From: Candidatus Aenigmatarchaeota archaeon
GTDB taxonomy: Archaea > Aenigmatarchaeota > Aenigmatarchaeia > JACPZZ01
Direction of reading: 5' to 3'
Length of the DNA stretch: 64,000 nucleotides
Assembly: GCA_016202815.1 (NCBI GenBank)
Contig: JACQNZ010000008.1
Coordinates: 33,932-97,931 of the forward strand
The position numbers were made by a program, and so were the translations under genes. Every line of letters begins with the position of its first letter. Positions within the stretch are counted from its first letter, which is position 1. Below the pieces are notes generated by a model. The model worked only from the letters and a program-made list of their open reading frames with translations, ran no database searches and was not told the DNA's origin. Positions 28,579 to 38,525 of this stretch are shown in pieces.

Positions 28579-29817
28579 ATGCTGGATGTCCTATTCGCGG
28601 TATTTTATTTTCTGCTTTTGTATATGAGCATTTTTCTAGTCCTCACCTTCGTTGAGGAAGGAGAGGCCGGCGGCCGGACCAAAAAATTCAGGGAATGGCC
28701 ATTCGTGTCTGTCATCGTGCCCGCATTCAACGAGTCTGCGACAATAGGGCGCGTGGTTAACTCGGTTCTCGGCTTGGATTATCCCAAAGAAAAACTCGAG
28801 GTGATCGTCGTGGACGACGGCTCGACAGACGGCACGTCGTCGGTAAGAGAAATACAGGACAACAGGGTGAAAGTCATACGCCAACCCAGGCGGGGCAAGG
28901 CCTCGGCACTCAATTTAGGATTGGATCATGCGCGGGGAAAGTACGTGGCGTGCCTTGATGCGGACTCTTTCGTATCTCCGGGTGCGCTGAAGGAAATGGT
29001 GGTGAACTTTTCATCCGGGGATATAGCCGCCGTGACGCCAGTGATGCACGTTCATAATCCTAAGACGGTTCTGGAAAAAATACAGAACATAGAATATTTG
29101 CTTGCAGTCTACATGAAAAGGCTGCTAAGCCACATGAATGCCATTAATGTCACGCCCGGCCCCTTCAGCATTTATCGCGCTGATGTGCTGCGCAGCATAG
29201 GTAAATTTGACGAAAAATCGATAGTCGAGGACCAGGAAATAGCGTACAGGATACAGAGGCACAATTTCAGGATAGTGCAGAGCGATTCTGGCGACGTATA
29301 CACCGTGGCACCCAAAAATTTGGGCGACCTGTACAGGCAGAGGAAAAGGTGGTACAAAGGTTCCTGGTTGACGTTCAACAAGTACAGGGAGATGATGATG
29401 GACAGGAAATACGGGGATTTCGGCTTCTACCTGATGCCGAACATATTGTTCGGCCTGGTTTCATGTTTTTTCATGCTCGCATTTTTCGCTGCGTATGTGG
29501 TAATTCCTTTGGCGGACGCTGTAAGGCACATCTACATTGCCGGCCTTTACGTGAACCTCGGCTCGTACCTGAATTTCGCGGATGTGCTGGCCAATTTTGT
29601 CTTTTTCGCGGACTTCTACAAGCTTTTCATTCTGTGGTCATTTACAGCAATCACAACTTTCATGATTGTCAGATCCCACAAGTCGCTCAGCCGCAGTATT
29701 GGTTTCGCAGAAGCAGTCCCCGTTGCGGCGTTCATGCTGGCGTACTACATTTTCATCAGCTTCGTTAACATTGCTTCTACCGCGGACTTGATGAGAGGTG
29801 GAGAGCACAGATGGTAG
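28579..29817 (+). CDS. Membrane GT2 glycosyltransferase (processive/cellulose-synthase-like)
   Basis: VSVIVPAFNE...VVDDGSTDGT, DAD motif, QRKRW-like motif, and multiple C-terminal TM segments. Confidence 0.7.
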   Translation: MLDVLFAVFYFLLLYMSIFLVLTFVEEGEAGGRTKKFREWPFVSVIVPAFNESATIGRVVNSVLGLDYPKEKLEVIVVDDGSTDGTSSVREIQDNRVKVIRQPRRGKASALNLGLDHARGKYVACLDADSFVSPGALKEMVVNFSSGDIAAVTPVMHVHNPKTVLEKIQNIEYLLAVYMKRLLSHMNAINVTPGPFSIYRADVLRSIGKFDEKSIVEDQEIAYRIQRHNFRIVQSDSGDVYTVAPKNLGDLYRQRKRWYKGSWLTFNKYREMMMDRKYGDFGFYLMPNILFGLVSCFFMLAFFAAYVVIPLADAVRHIYIAGLYVNLGSYLNFADVLANFVFFADFYKLFILWSFTAITTFMIVRSHKSLSRSIGFAEAVPVAAFMLAYYIFISFVNIASTADLMRGGEHRW

Positions 29818-30503
29818 GCGGTAAAAGAAAACTGAGGAAAAAACGTTACGTGGCCGCGATAATCATCACGTTCGTTATATTCGTGCTGGGTTTCATCCTC
29901 GGCGCAGCGACCAGTGAAAGGAAAATATTCGAGATAGAACAGCTGAGCAGGCAACAGGACGCGGACTTCAGCAGCTTGCAGTTCCAGTTCTCATACCTTG
30001 AAAGCGTGCCCCGGGAGCAGAGCTGCGTTGTGCTGTCGAGGACGCTTGAAAGCAACCTGAAAACCCTGGGTCCTTCGTTGAAGAAGCTCGAAGGTTACGA
30101 AGCCAGCAGCGACACAACAAACCCGGATTACATTCTACTCAAGAGAAAGTACACGGTCGCAAACCTGAGGTATTGGCTGCTCGCGGAAAAAAGCAAGCAG
30201 CTTTGCGGCACGGATGCCGTGAGCGTGCTGTATTTCTATGAAAAGGGATGCCAGCAATGCAACGACGAAGGTTATATTCTGGAGCAGTTGAAGCAGCGCC
30301 TCGGAGACAGTTTACTCGTATTCCCCATAGACGCATCCATAGACGAGCCTGTGATAGACATACTGCGCGCACAATACAAGATATACGGCTTCCCGTCCCT
30401 GGTTATCGACGGGAAAACGTACGCCAATTACATGCCCATGAAGGAAATCCTTGCGGAGATATGCCCGAAGTACAAGGAGGGCAACGGGGTTTGTGGCGGA
30501 TGA
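29811..30503 (+). CDS. Membrane-anchored protein with CxxC (thioredoxin-like?) motif
   Basis: N-terminal TM; KGCQQC. Confidence 0.3.
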   Translation: MVGGKRKLRKKRYVAAIIITFVIFVLGFILGAATSERKIFEIEQLSRQQDADFSSLQFQFSYLESVPREQSCVVLSRTLESNLKTLGPSLKKLEGYEASSDTTNPDYILLKRKYTVANLRYWLLAEKSKQLCGTDAVSVLYFYEKGCQQCNDEGYILEQLKQRLGDSLLVFPIDASIDEPVIDILRAQYKIYGFPSLVIDGKTYANYMPMKEILAEICPKYKEGNGVCGG

Positions 30504-31891
30504 GCAGGAAAAAATATTTTGCGCTTTTCGCCTTTGTCTTTCTTCTGGGCGCATCGCTGCGCCTTCTGTACTTCTCGAATCAGTGGTCTATATGGTGGGA
30601 CGAGGCCGTGTACATGGCCATGGCCGAAGCGTACGGTGGAAACAATTATTTTTTTGAAGCGTTCCGCCCGCCGCTCGTGCCTTTCACGTTGTTCCTGTGG
30701 AATTCGGTGTTCGATTATTCGTTGGTGTCATCCAGAACTTTCATATTACTGCTGAGCGTGCTGTCTCTGCCTCTGGTGTACGTGCTTACAAAGCGCGTTA
30801 TGGACGAGGAAGCCGCGCTGTTGTCAGCATCGCTGCTGGCGTTAAACGCTTATTCCATTTTATACTCTGCCCGTGTCTTGAGCGAAACGCACACAATCCT
30901 GTTCAACGTGCTTGCCGTGGCATCGTTTCACATGGGATACAAAAATAACTCCAAGGGCTGGCTGTCCGTAGCCGGAGTCGCGATGGCGATGGGAATGATG
31001 TCAAAGCACCTGATGGCGTATCTTCCAATAGCCGTGTTTTTGTTCTTCCTGGCCAGGCGGAAGTTAAACGCGTTCAGGGACAGGAGGCTGTACATAATCA
31101 TAACCTCGAGCCTGATAGCAATGTCCCCGTGGCTTGTGAACAATTACCTTGACTACGGCAATCCGTTCTGGCCGCAGCTTGCGAACATTGGGTTGTCGCC
31201 GCCCGAGGGCTGGTCGTTCTATGCGTCTGTGCTGCCCCAGTTTCTGGGCCCGCAGGGATTATTGATCCCGTTCGCGCTCGTGGGGCTGAAAAAATCAAAG
31301 CACGCCGAATTTTTGAAATTTAACATGCTTGCGATAGTCGTTGGGTTGGTTATCCTGCACAGCGTCGCGCATAAGGAAGACCGTTTCCTGACGATTTTCA
31401 CATATTCGTTGGCGGTTCTCGAGGCCGCCGGATTGATGAACTTGGCAAACATGGTCGACCAGAAAAGAAGAAAAGGGATAATCAAAAAAATATTCCACAA
31501 AAGCGATTACGGGAAAATCGTCTCAATAATTGTTGCGTCTTTGTTCGCGCTGAGCTTTGCGTTCTTCAGTGCGCTGCCGCGACAGTACGAGGATCTGTTC
31601 TACAGATGCACGAATGAGATAAATAAATTGCCGAAGGAAAAAATGTCAACAACGATGTCGCCGTATTTCTCATATTTCACAAAACGTTTCTTCGAGCAGT
31701 TGCCATGGGATGAAAAGGATTTTTCCTGCCCGAACCTGGTAAAAAGCGGCGTAAATTACACGGTTTATTATTCGTCGGGCTGGTACGAGTCAAGGGAAAA
31801 GGCTTTCCTGGAGCAGACAAAATCCTGCACAACATTGGTGGCGAACATAACGCAGAACCAGAAATGCCTGATATTCAGGGTAGAAAAATAA
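30500..31891 (+). CDS. ArnT/PMT-like membrane glycosyltransferase (GT39/GT83-like)
   Basis: Likely start MSRKKYF at 30500 (ATGA overlap). Polytopic N-terminus with WWDEAVYM... The listed ORF start at 30248 overlaps the upstream gene. Confidence 0.5.
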   Translation: MSRKKYFALFAFVFLLGASLRLLYFSNQWSIWWDEAVYMAMAEAYGGNNYFFEAFRPPLVPFTLFLWNSVFDYSLVSSRTFILLLSVLSLPLVYVLTKRVMDEEAALLSASLLALNAYSILYSARVLSETHTILFNVLAVASFHMGYKNNSKGWLSVAGVAMAMGMMSKHLMAYLPIAVFLFFLARRKLNAFRDRRLYIIITSSLIAMSPWLVNNYLDYGNPFWPQLANIGLSPPEGWSFYASVLPQFLGPQGLLIPFALVGLKKSKHAEFLKFNMLAIVVGLVILHSVAHKEDRFLTIFTYSLAVLEAAGLMNLANMVDQKRRKGIIKKIFHKSDYGKIVSIIVASLFALSFAFFSALPRQYEDLFYRCTNEINKLPKEKMSTTMSPYFSYFTKRFFEQLPWDEKDFSCPNLVKSGVNYTVYYSSGWYESREKAFLEQTKSCTTLVANITQNQKCLIFRVEK

Positions 31892-31894
31892 TTT

Positions 31895-32656
31895 TCAGCA
31901 GAATGAAAACGCGTCCGGCCTGGTTATATTTTTCAAAGTGGTTTTCATGTCCTTCGATATGCCGTTGCGGACGTCGGTTTCGTCAGCGAAGTGGCCGTCC
32001 CTGTAAGATGCCGACATTATGTTGCCGAAATTCCCCACGTGTGCGAGGTTCAGTATATGGCCCATCTCGTGCGCCGCCGTTTCAAGGTTCTCAATCTCCG
32101 AGTTTTGAACTGTCAGGTAAACGCTTCCGCCGGTCAGGAATTTGAAAGTGGAGCAGTCGTAGCCGGAGTTTATGGCCTGCCCTATCGTGTCTGATGGGTA
32201 TCCGGAAAATTTTTCCGGCAGTGATGCGGCCCAGCTGATGGAAATATCCGCGCCTTCCGGGTTGTTTGTTACATTAAACCGCACAGTGTTGTTTGTCTCT
32301 TCTTCCCATATCTTCATGGCACCGGCTGCGGCACCGACGCTTTTTTCGTATACGCCTTTTGTCTTGTTCTTGTCCAGCACGAATAGGAACGAGTCGTTGA
32401 TGTAGACATTAAATTTATTGTTCAGCAGGCCGTCTTTGATTATCAGCGGGTGCGGCGCTCCAATAGCAGGGTAATAATAAGCCTTCGGTTTTATCGTTGT
32501 CGTAGTCGGGACAGTGGTTGTAGTTTCAATGATAGGCACAGTCGTGTAGACGGTTGTAGAAGTGGCCGGCACGTGTTTGTTGTCGGGTATATCAGGATTC
32601 GAAACAAGCACCAACAAAATAAAAAAAGCAATGAACGGCAATGCACCCGTCTTCAT
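31895..32656 (-). CDS. Secreted matrixin-like (M10) zinc metalloprotease
   Basis: HEMGHILNLAH (compare HEIGHSLGLSH), an N-terminal TM/signal segment and a Thr-rich linker. Confidence 0.6.
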   Translation of the reverse strand: MKTGALPFIAFFILLVLVSNPDIPDNKHVPATSTTVYTTVPIIETTTTVPTTTTIKPKAYYYPAIGAPHPLIIKDGLLNNKFNVYINDSFLFVLDKNKTKGVYEKSVGAAAGAMKIWEEETNNTVRFNVTNNPEGADISISWAASLPEKFSGYPSDTIGQAINSGYDCSTFKFLTGGSVYLTVQNSEIENLETAAHEMGHILNLAHVGNFGNIMSASYRDGHFADETDVRNGISKDMKTTLKNITRPDAFSFC

Positions 32657-32940
32657 GAACAGAATTGTTTTTGGATTTAGATAAATCGATGCGGCAGAAG
32701 AAAATGTCTGTATAATGTGCTGTTCGGATAATAATTATTTCGTAGTTGTGTGATAGATAACCAGTTGCAGTTTGGAATGAATTTTGTAACCTTTTTCCTG
32801 CCTGCTGAACCGTACTAAAGTATTGCAAAATGATTCAGGATCATAATATTATTTCAAGTAATCAGGCAGAAGGACCGGTCAAGCTATTTTATAAATTATT
32901 TGGTATTCTCATCACTAACGCCATAAAAAAATTAGAAATT

Positions 32941-33000
32941 GGAGTCGGGCCAACAGACTGACGCACACGTGGTGTGCGTCTAGCCCGCCAACCCGACTCC
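32941..33000. repeat. Nested palindrome: outer GGAGTCGGG/CCCGACTCC, inner GACGCACAC-GTG-GTGTGCGTC; on the minus strand this is a copy of the GACGCA...TGCGTC hairpin family with CTAG/CAGT flanks
   Basis: Read directly. Lies 39 nt downstream of the stop of the minus-strand S-layer-like gene, so probably a terminator or processing hairpin. Confidence 0.5.
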
Positions 33001-33038
33001 GTTAATTTTGTCCCTTTTGATAGAACTTTCTAAAAGTT

Positions 33039-35414
33039 CTATTGGCTGCCGGATGTGGCAGTGCTGTAGACAAGTTTCGATCCCGTAACGCCGCCTGCGA
33101 TTATTTTCGCAGCCGCGTTTCTGGTGTCTTTCGCGTCAGTTCCGGCTACAATTAATGCAACCTTTCCTGTCTGGAAAGCGTCCTCGACCACTTTGATCAA
33201 GGCCTTGTCCTTTGCGCCTGCTAGGTTTGTCGCTCCGACTTCTGCAATCCACTTGTCCAAACAATCCGACCCGCTTACATTCATAAGCTGGCCCACGAAC
33301 TTGTTTGCACAAGGACCGCCGACTAGAATCAAGTTCTTGCCGGTTGTCTTTATGGTTGCATCTGTGAAGTCAGATGTCAACTTGCCCAAAGGCGTTGTTA
33401 CTGGCACTGCAGCTTCGTACGTGTTTGTTCCGGACGTGGCGCTTGTCACTCCGAAGTATACCTTCGCAGCTAATCTCTTTGAAGGCACTTTGGCGACAAA
33501 CTTGTCAGAACCGCCGTTAGTGTTGGTGTCGATCAATACGACCTCACCATCGCTCACGACGTCCTGCGTCTTCTTGCCAACAGGCTGGTTCGCGCTACCT
33601 GATGTGGTAGCTGTGACCTCGTTGTCTTCAGCGCTGGCTGAGGTTGTTCCCAGCCTGAACTGAGGAGCCGCGGTCGGCGTTCCTGCCGTCTTGTTGGTGA
33701 AGTAGACGTTTACGTCACTTGTAGCACCAGACGATGCACCACCAAGGGTTATTCTCTGGATACCGTGCGTGAAGTTTAATGTCACGTTCAGGTACCAGTC
33801 CGCATCACCCGAACCGCCATAGGCGATTCTGAACGGGTAGACAAACGATGTGTTTGCCGCGTTCAATAGGCCGTGCATGTACTCGACCCTGGATATGTTT
33901 GACACATCCATCACCGCAGGTTGGGCAGCACCCACAGCGGACCTGTTTGTCAGGATCTTGCTGTTGGTCTTGTCCCAGAAGCCTATCCAGAACGGTTGTC
34001 CGTATCCGTATGTGGCGGCGGTAAATGTCTTGTTGAACAAGACATACGCCTTGTCGAAGCTGTTTCCAGCCGAGCTCACTATTGAGCCTGCCACATCTGT
34101 GGATATTTCCAATCCGTACAGGTCGCTTCCCACGATGTCAGACGTTGAGTTAACGTCGTAGGTTGATGTCCCTCCAAACGGCGCAACTGTTATTTTTGCC
34201 AGTTTGTCGGCGTTGTATCCCAAGAAGCCCACTTCGCCGTAACTGTTCGGGAAAGCGATTTTGTCGCCTGCCTTCAGATACTGCGTTGTGCTCGGCTTGT
34301 ATACAACTTGGATCCTTGCACTCTTCGGAATGCCCGGGAATGATCCGGATCCCAATCCACTTGTCTGTATTCCCCATTCAGTTGTTCCGGGGAACTTGTC
34401 GCTTGCAGTTCCTGTGCTGGTCACATCAGCTGTCGAATCGTATTCCTTTTCAACAGATCCGATCGGACCAAGCACTATATCAACGCCCGAGATCTCACCC
34501 GTAGTTCCAATAGCGCGGACATCGGTCACTTTGACTGTTAAGCCTTGTGCCGTAAAGTCGTAGCTGTTGCCTTCGGATATGGATTTCGTAGCAACTTCTG
34601 TGCCTGTCGCGTCTTTCAACACGATCTTGGCCCACGAGTCGCTCACACCTTGTGTGGCGTATGCTGTGTAGTCACCCGACTTTATACCGGTCGTAGCGCT
34701 TACTTCTCCAGTCTCACCCGTCAAAATCTTCAACGAGCTCGTACCTGCGCCTACGATGGTAAACGCCTTACCCATAAGCTTCACATTCACTGGGAATGTG
34801 TACTCAGGGCTTGCTATTGTTCCCAAGTTGTTCTTGCTTGAGATGTTCAATGCCTTGTCGAACTGGTAGTTATATATTATATCACTACTTTCGACAACCA
34901 TTGTCAAGGTACCGTTTACCTTATCGGTAGTCACGTCGTGACTCATGGTCACACCGCTCAGGTCTACCTGCTCTTGATAGTCGTAGTCATTACTGTTCCA
35001 AGATATCACGCCTTTCTTCAAGCCCGTGAAGTGTGTGTTAGTCATAACAGCACCGCTTGGGAATGCGCTGCCTGTTCCGGCTGCATCATCCAAGGCACAA
35101 TCTGTGCTCGTGGTGCTCTTACAAATAGTCACACCGTCTTTCTCAGTCCCAGTAACACCGCTGGATGTGGTTGTCAAGCTCTTAGTCGACGTGCTAGTCG
35201 AACCAAGTCTGCCTGCAACGTCAACACCTGCTACAGTGTCCGTCGAATCGACGCCAGAACCAACGACAATTAACGAGTTTGAAGCCGTTAATGTGCTTGT
35301 TCCAGTTGCTGGAAAGACATTCTTGAGGTCAGTTGCGGCTACGCCTGCAAAAGCTAAGGACGCACCTGTTAACAGTGTTCCCATACCTATTGCAATTGCC
35401 TTTTTAATTTGCAT
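33039..35414 (-). CDS. S-layer-like / major surface glycoprotein candidate (T/S/G-rich, secreted)
   Basis: Signal peptide MQIKKAIAIGMGTLLTGASLAFAG, 791 aa of low-complexity Thr/Ser/Gly/Val composition, a strong SD, and a downstream hairpin. Confidence 0.45.
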   Translation of the reverse strand: MQIKKAIAIGMGTLLTGASLAFAGVAATDLKNVFPATGTSTLTASNSLIVVGSGVDSTDTVAGVDVAGRLGSTSTSTKSLTTTSSGVTGTEKDGVTICKSTTSTDCALDDAAGTGSAFPSGAVMTNTHFTGLKKGVISWNSNDYDYQEQVDLSGVTMSHDVTTDKVNGTLTMVVESSDIIYNYQFDKALNISSKNNLGTIASPEYTFPVNVKLMGKAFTIVGAGTSSLKILTGETGEVSATTGIKSGDYTAYATQGVSDSWAKIVLKDATGTEVATKSISEGNSYDFTAQGLTVKVTDVRAIGTTGEISGVDIVLGPIGSVEKEYDSTADVTSTGTASDKFPGTTEWGIQTSGLGSGSFPGIPKSARIQVVYKPSTTQYLKAGDKIAFPNSYGEVGFLGYNADKLAKITVAPFGGTSTYDVNSTSDIVGSDLYGLEISTDVAGSIVSSAGNSFDKAYVLFNKTFTAATYGYGQPFWIGFWDKTNSKILTNRSAVGAAQPAVMDVSNISRVEYMHGLLNAANTSFVYPFRIAYGGSGDADWYLNVTLNFTHGIQRITLGGASSGATSDVNVYFTNKTAGTPTAAPQFRLGTTSASAEDNEVTATTSGSANQPVGKKTQDVVSDGEVVLIDTNTNGGSDKFVAKVPSKRLAAKVYFGVTSATSGTNTYEAAVPVTTPLGKLTSDFTDATIKTTGKNLILVGGPCANKFVGQLMNVSGSDCLDKWIAEVGATNLAGAKDKALIKVVEDAFQTGKVALIVAGTDAKDTRNAAAKIIAGGVTGSKLVYSTATSGSQ

Positions 35415-35421
35415 TTATTTT

Positions 35422-35427
35422 ACCTCC
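35422..35427 (-). promoter_or_regulatory. Shine-Dalgarno GGAGGT 8 nt upstream of the S-layer-like gene ATG
   Basis: The minus strand reads AAAGGAGGTAAAATAAATG. Confidence 0.5.
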
Positions 35428-35695
35428 TTTTTGTCTTGCAAACTGTGTTTGTTTCAGTTCGCACACCGAACGCAAACCACACCACAGGTCAACAAAAGAC
35501 GGGCTGGGGGTAAGAAGTAGAGTATATTCACACCCAACCTCCCCCTTTGTCTTCCTATGCTATAATTTACTGGCGCGGTTGCGATCACTCGCAAACACGC
35601 TCCGGCCCGTGTATACGTCAGGCCAGATTCAGCTATCTACCAATAATTGAAAGTATATAAATATAAAAACTCCATGAAACGATCGTGGAACAATC

Positions 35696-36718
35696 TTACC
35701 CCTTCGGTACGTCATCAGTTTTTGTCCCATTTTGCGCATCTTCAGGTGGTTTAATTGTTCCAAATGGTTCCTTTGGCTTTTTTAGCAGGAAAACACGATT
35801 AGTTCGACCCCGTTCTTCTACACCGATAATGCCTCTACCTTTTAGGCTATTAATAAGGCGAGAAACTTTGGCTTTGGAAAAATTAGTCTCGTATACTATC
35901 TTTCTCTGCATTTTCTCGCCGTTTTCGGCCAATAATGAATCAATAACCTTTCTTTCATCAGATGTTAACACAGGTAGCACGGAATCAAGGTTTTCTTCTG
36001 TTCTAACGATTATTTTGCTCTTTTTTAGGTATAGATAGGTAGAAATAGCCACTAAGATTATTATCAAAGCTGCAAAGAACGGTAGCCAGTTGGAAAACGC
36101 CAGATCTTGTATATTTTCATAAACCACAGACACACTGAGCAAATCACCGGCCGTGAAATTGTTTCTGGCCCAATCAACTAGTATTCTGCGGCCATCGGTT
36201 CGCGTATCGCCATCAGCCGGCGCGTATGGCAGCAAGCCTGCCGCGGTTTGCGAATCCTCCCTGTTTATAAGGCCTTTGCCTTCAGGAAGTTTAACGGTGA
36301 GTGCCAGGGTTATCACGGGCACAGAGCTTTGGTAATCGAAGCGGTAGAGCCACTTGTTTTTATCCAGCTGTTTTACAAACCCGTTTGCTGTGTAGTTGAA
36401 CGAAAGACTTCTCGTGTTTTTCGTCACGTTTTCAAGATCACATGTTATCACTGACGCAATAGCCTGCCCTATAAGGTCGCATGTTGTGTTGAAGTTCGAA
36501 GTCCATCCAAAATCCGTCACCTGGCCGATTATAGGGTAATCTATCCTTGTGGGCGCAGGTATGTCAAAAGTCATTTTTACCTGGTTCTTTGTCAGTCCGC
36601 TGTCCAGTATCTCTGTCGTTATTTCGTAGAATTGTATGGCCACGGCTCTTGCTTCAAGAGGCGTAACAACCAGCAAACCAACCAAGACAAAAACGATCGG
36701 AATGAAACGTTTCATCAT
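35696..36718 (-). CDS. Membrane protein: extracellular domain, one TM, cytoplasmic winged-helix (MarR/TrmB-like) domain
   Basis: Signal peptide; TM FAALIIILVAISTYLYL; C-terminus KVIDSLLAENGEKMQRKIVYETNFSKAKVSRLINSLKGRGIIG. Confidence 0.4.
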   Translation of the reverse strand: MMKRFIPIVFVLVGLLVVTPLEARAVAIQFYEITTEILDSGLTKNQVKMTFDIPAPTRIDYPIIGQVTDFGWTSNFNTTCDLIGQAIASVITCDLENVTKNTRSLSFNYTANGFVKQLDKNKWLYRFDYQSSVPVITLALTVKLPEGKGLINREDSQTAAGLLPYAPADGDTRTDGRRILVDWARNNFTAGDLLSVSVVYENIQDLAFSNWLPFFAALIIILVAISTYLYLKKSKIIVRTEENLDSVLPVLTSDERKVIDSLLAENGEKMQRKIVYETNFSKAKVSRLINSLKGRGIIGVEERGRTNRVFLLKKPKEPFGTIKPPEDAQNGTKTDDVPKG

Positions 36719-36780
36719 ATTTCAGATAATTAACGCGAGATTTAAAGTTAAACCAGAACATCCGATCAATGGGGGGCGTG

Positions 36781-37221
36781 TCATTCATTGTGCTTGGATA
36801 TGACAACCCCGCCTATCCCAGCCTGCGCAAAGCGATGTACGAGGTTTGCCACCTCGTTTAACACGTTTTGCGCTTCACCGAGCTCTATTGCAATTTTTTT
36901 AGGTTCCAGAATCTCAACAGCCGACGGGCCGTAGTTGATCACAAAACGCGCCAAGGAACCGTAGTTTTTAGCCAGGATTTCGAGTTCCAACACGGTAGAA
37001 TAGGCTTCCGCGATGTTAGGCAGCGGGTTTTCGACTTTGTGACTCTCCTTGACCTCTTTTTTGACAACCCCGATTTCCTGCTCTTTTTCAACGAGTTTAG
37101 TTAGTTCGATCAGCGATTGCCTCGAAACGTCCTCTTTTGTAGCCAGCGATTCGACCATGACCCAGGCCTTTAACCAGCCGTCATTTAGTTTTTGGCGCAC
37201 GTCCCGCTCGTCGATTTTCAT
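36781..37221 (-). CDS. Hypothetical protein
   Basis: ORF only. Confidence 0.3.
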   Translation of the reverse strand: MKIDERDVRQKLNDGWLKAWVMVESLATKEDVSRQSLIELTKLVEKEQEIGVVKKEVKESHKVENPLPNIAEAYSTVLELEILAKNYGSLARFVINYGPSAVEILEPKKIAIELGEAQNVLNEVANLVHRFAQAGIGGVVISKHNE

Positions 37222-37262
37222 TTCAATCGCTTCAAGTCTTGTTTCCTTTGGTATTAAAGTTC

Positions 37263-37976
37263 TTAGAGCCTTCGAACGCGGCGTACTGTAGTCGGCTTAG
37301 ACGGGCCGACGCGGACTGGTTCAGACTGGTGCACTGTAATTGGGGTAGACGGCCCAATTACCAGCGGTTTTTCTGCTGTTGTGCCCGCGAGTCCACCATC
37401 CGAATTCATCGCCACATAGAGGCATAGAGGCACACAGTCCCGGCTGTTGAACTGAATTTTTCCAGCCCCGGAAGCGAAAGTTTCGTCAATTCTATACCCC
37501 ATTCTATCTAGGAACTCAATCCTGTCAACACCTTCCGGCCTGACATCTTCCATGTCAGGCGAAAGCACCTTAAAGTAGTGCATTACATCGGCCATGACAA
37601 TTTCGTAAAGGCTGCCGATCAGGGGATCGTAAGCGCGTGCGACAGACCCGCCGTTTCTCGTGCCTGTGATAAGCCTGCAGTGGCCGTTGTCAAGGACAAA
37701 TGCCCTTTCTTTCATTCCAAGTTCCGCGCAAAGGAATTGCACGTCGCTGTAATCCATCCATTGCTTTTGTGGATTTGCGAGAAAGTCGCGTACATGTCGT
37801 CGTCCAATTGTTGCCGCAGTTTGAAACGACAGGCCAGTTGGAGATTTTCGTGGAAAGACATAATCCTGGTAAGTTCCAGCGCGCATCCTGCCTGCTAGGT
37901 ATTCCCTTACAATCTCTGTAAACAAGTCGGGAGTCCGCTGCCTAAGCGCTGTGATGTTTAATTCTTTGTAGGCCAT
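37263..37976 (-). CDS. Hypothetical protein
   Basis: ORF only. Confidence 0.3.
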   Translation of the reverse strand: MAYKELNITALRQRTPDLFTEIVREYLAGRMRAGTYQDYVFPRKSPTGLSFQTAATIGRRHVRDFLANPQKQWMDYSDVQFLCAELGMKERAFVLDNGHCRLITGTRNGGSVARAYDPLIGSLYEIVMADVMHYFKVLSPDMEDVRPEGVDRIEFLDRMGYRIDETFASGAGKIQFNSRDCVPLCLYVAMNSDGGLAGTTAEKPLVIGPSTPITVHQSEPVRVGPSKPTTVRRVRRL

Positions 37977-38119
37977 AAAACGTATTTGCGCGGAAAACGC
38001 TTAAATGCGCCTGCGGATTAACGGAATTATTAAAGCCGTGAAAAAGATACAGATGTAACTGGAATGCGCACGTAAATAGAAGCATGTGCATACGAATAGC
38101 ACATGTTTTAGTTGTAATC

Positions 38120-38244
38120 GCCCCAATAGCTCAGTTGGTAACTAGACGCATACCATTGGTATGCGTCAGTCGGCACAGAGCGACAGTTTCGTAAATCTGA
38201 GTCGAGATAACTGTAGGTCGTGAGTTCAAATCTCACTTGGGGCT
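38120..38244 (+). tRNA. tRNA-Thr(CGU) with two introns (D-loop ~37 nt; anticodon-loop ~15 nt)
   Basis: Acceptor GCCCCAA/TTGGGGC; D-stem GCTC...GAGC interrupted by ACTAGACGCATACCATTGGTATGCGTCAGTCGGCACA; anticodon stem ACAGT/ACTGT with loop TTCGTAA, then ATCTGAGTCGAGATA; T-arm GTGAG-TTCAAAT-CTCAC. Confidence 0.75.
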
Positions 38245-38280
38245 CTATTAAAAACCCAATACAACAAAATAACTTCCAAC

Positions 38281-38485
38281 GGGGTTGTCGTCCAACCAGG
38301 TAAGACAGCTGGCTCCAGTGCGGCAAACAGAAACAGATGCGTAGTAAGCTGAAGCATACCGATACACTATACGGTATGCTTCTAACTGCAAAGCATCTGT
38401 TTCGGTCTATTGTTGGAGCTAAGAGGCGAAATGCCGATGACCATGAAGATACCAGCCGATCAGGGTTCAAATCCCTGCAACCCCA
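38281..38485 (+). tRNA. tRNA-Trp(CCA) with a ~130-nt anticodon-loop intron
   Basis: Acceptor GGGGTTG/CAACCCC; anticodon stem GCTGG/CCAGC with loop CTCCAG(T/A); T-arm CAGGG-TTCAAAT-CCCTG. The intron contains nested long stems (38330-40/38393-403) and a hairpin-family copy at 38351-82. Confidence 0.75.
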
Positions 38486-38525
38486 ATTAATTTAACCTTT
38501 CGGCAAAGCGAAAAGAGGTAGTAAC

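Noticed and set aside
38330-38450. Confident box C/D sRNA call inside the tRNA-Trp intron
   Set aside because: Only partial motifs are present (CTGA, CGATGA) and in atypical order. It is kept as a hypothesis only.
38108-38470. Minus-strand 120-aa ORF
   Set aside because: It lies entirely over the tRNA-Thr and tRNA-Trp genes and their introns; an ORF-finder artefact.
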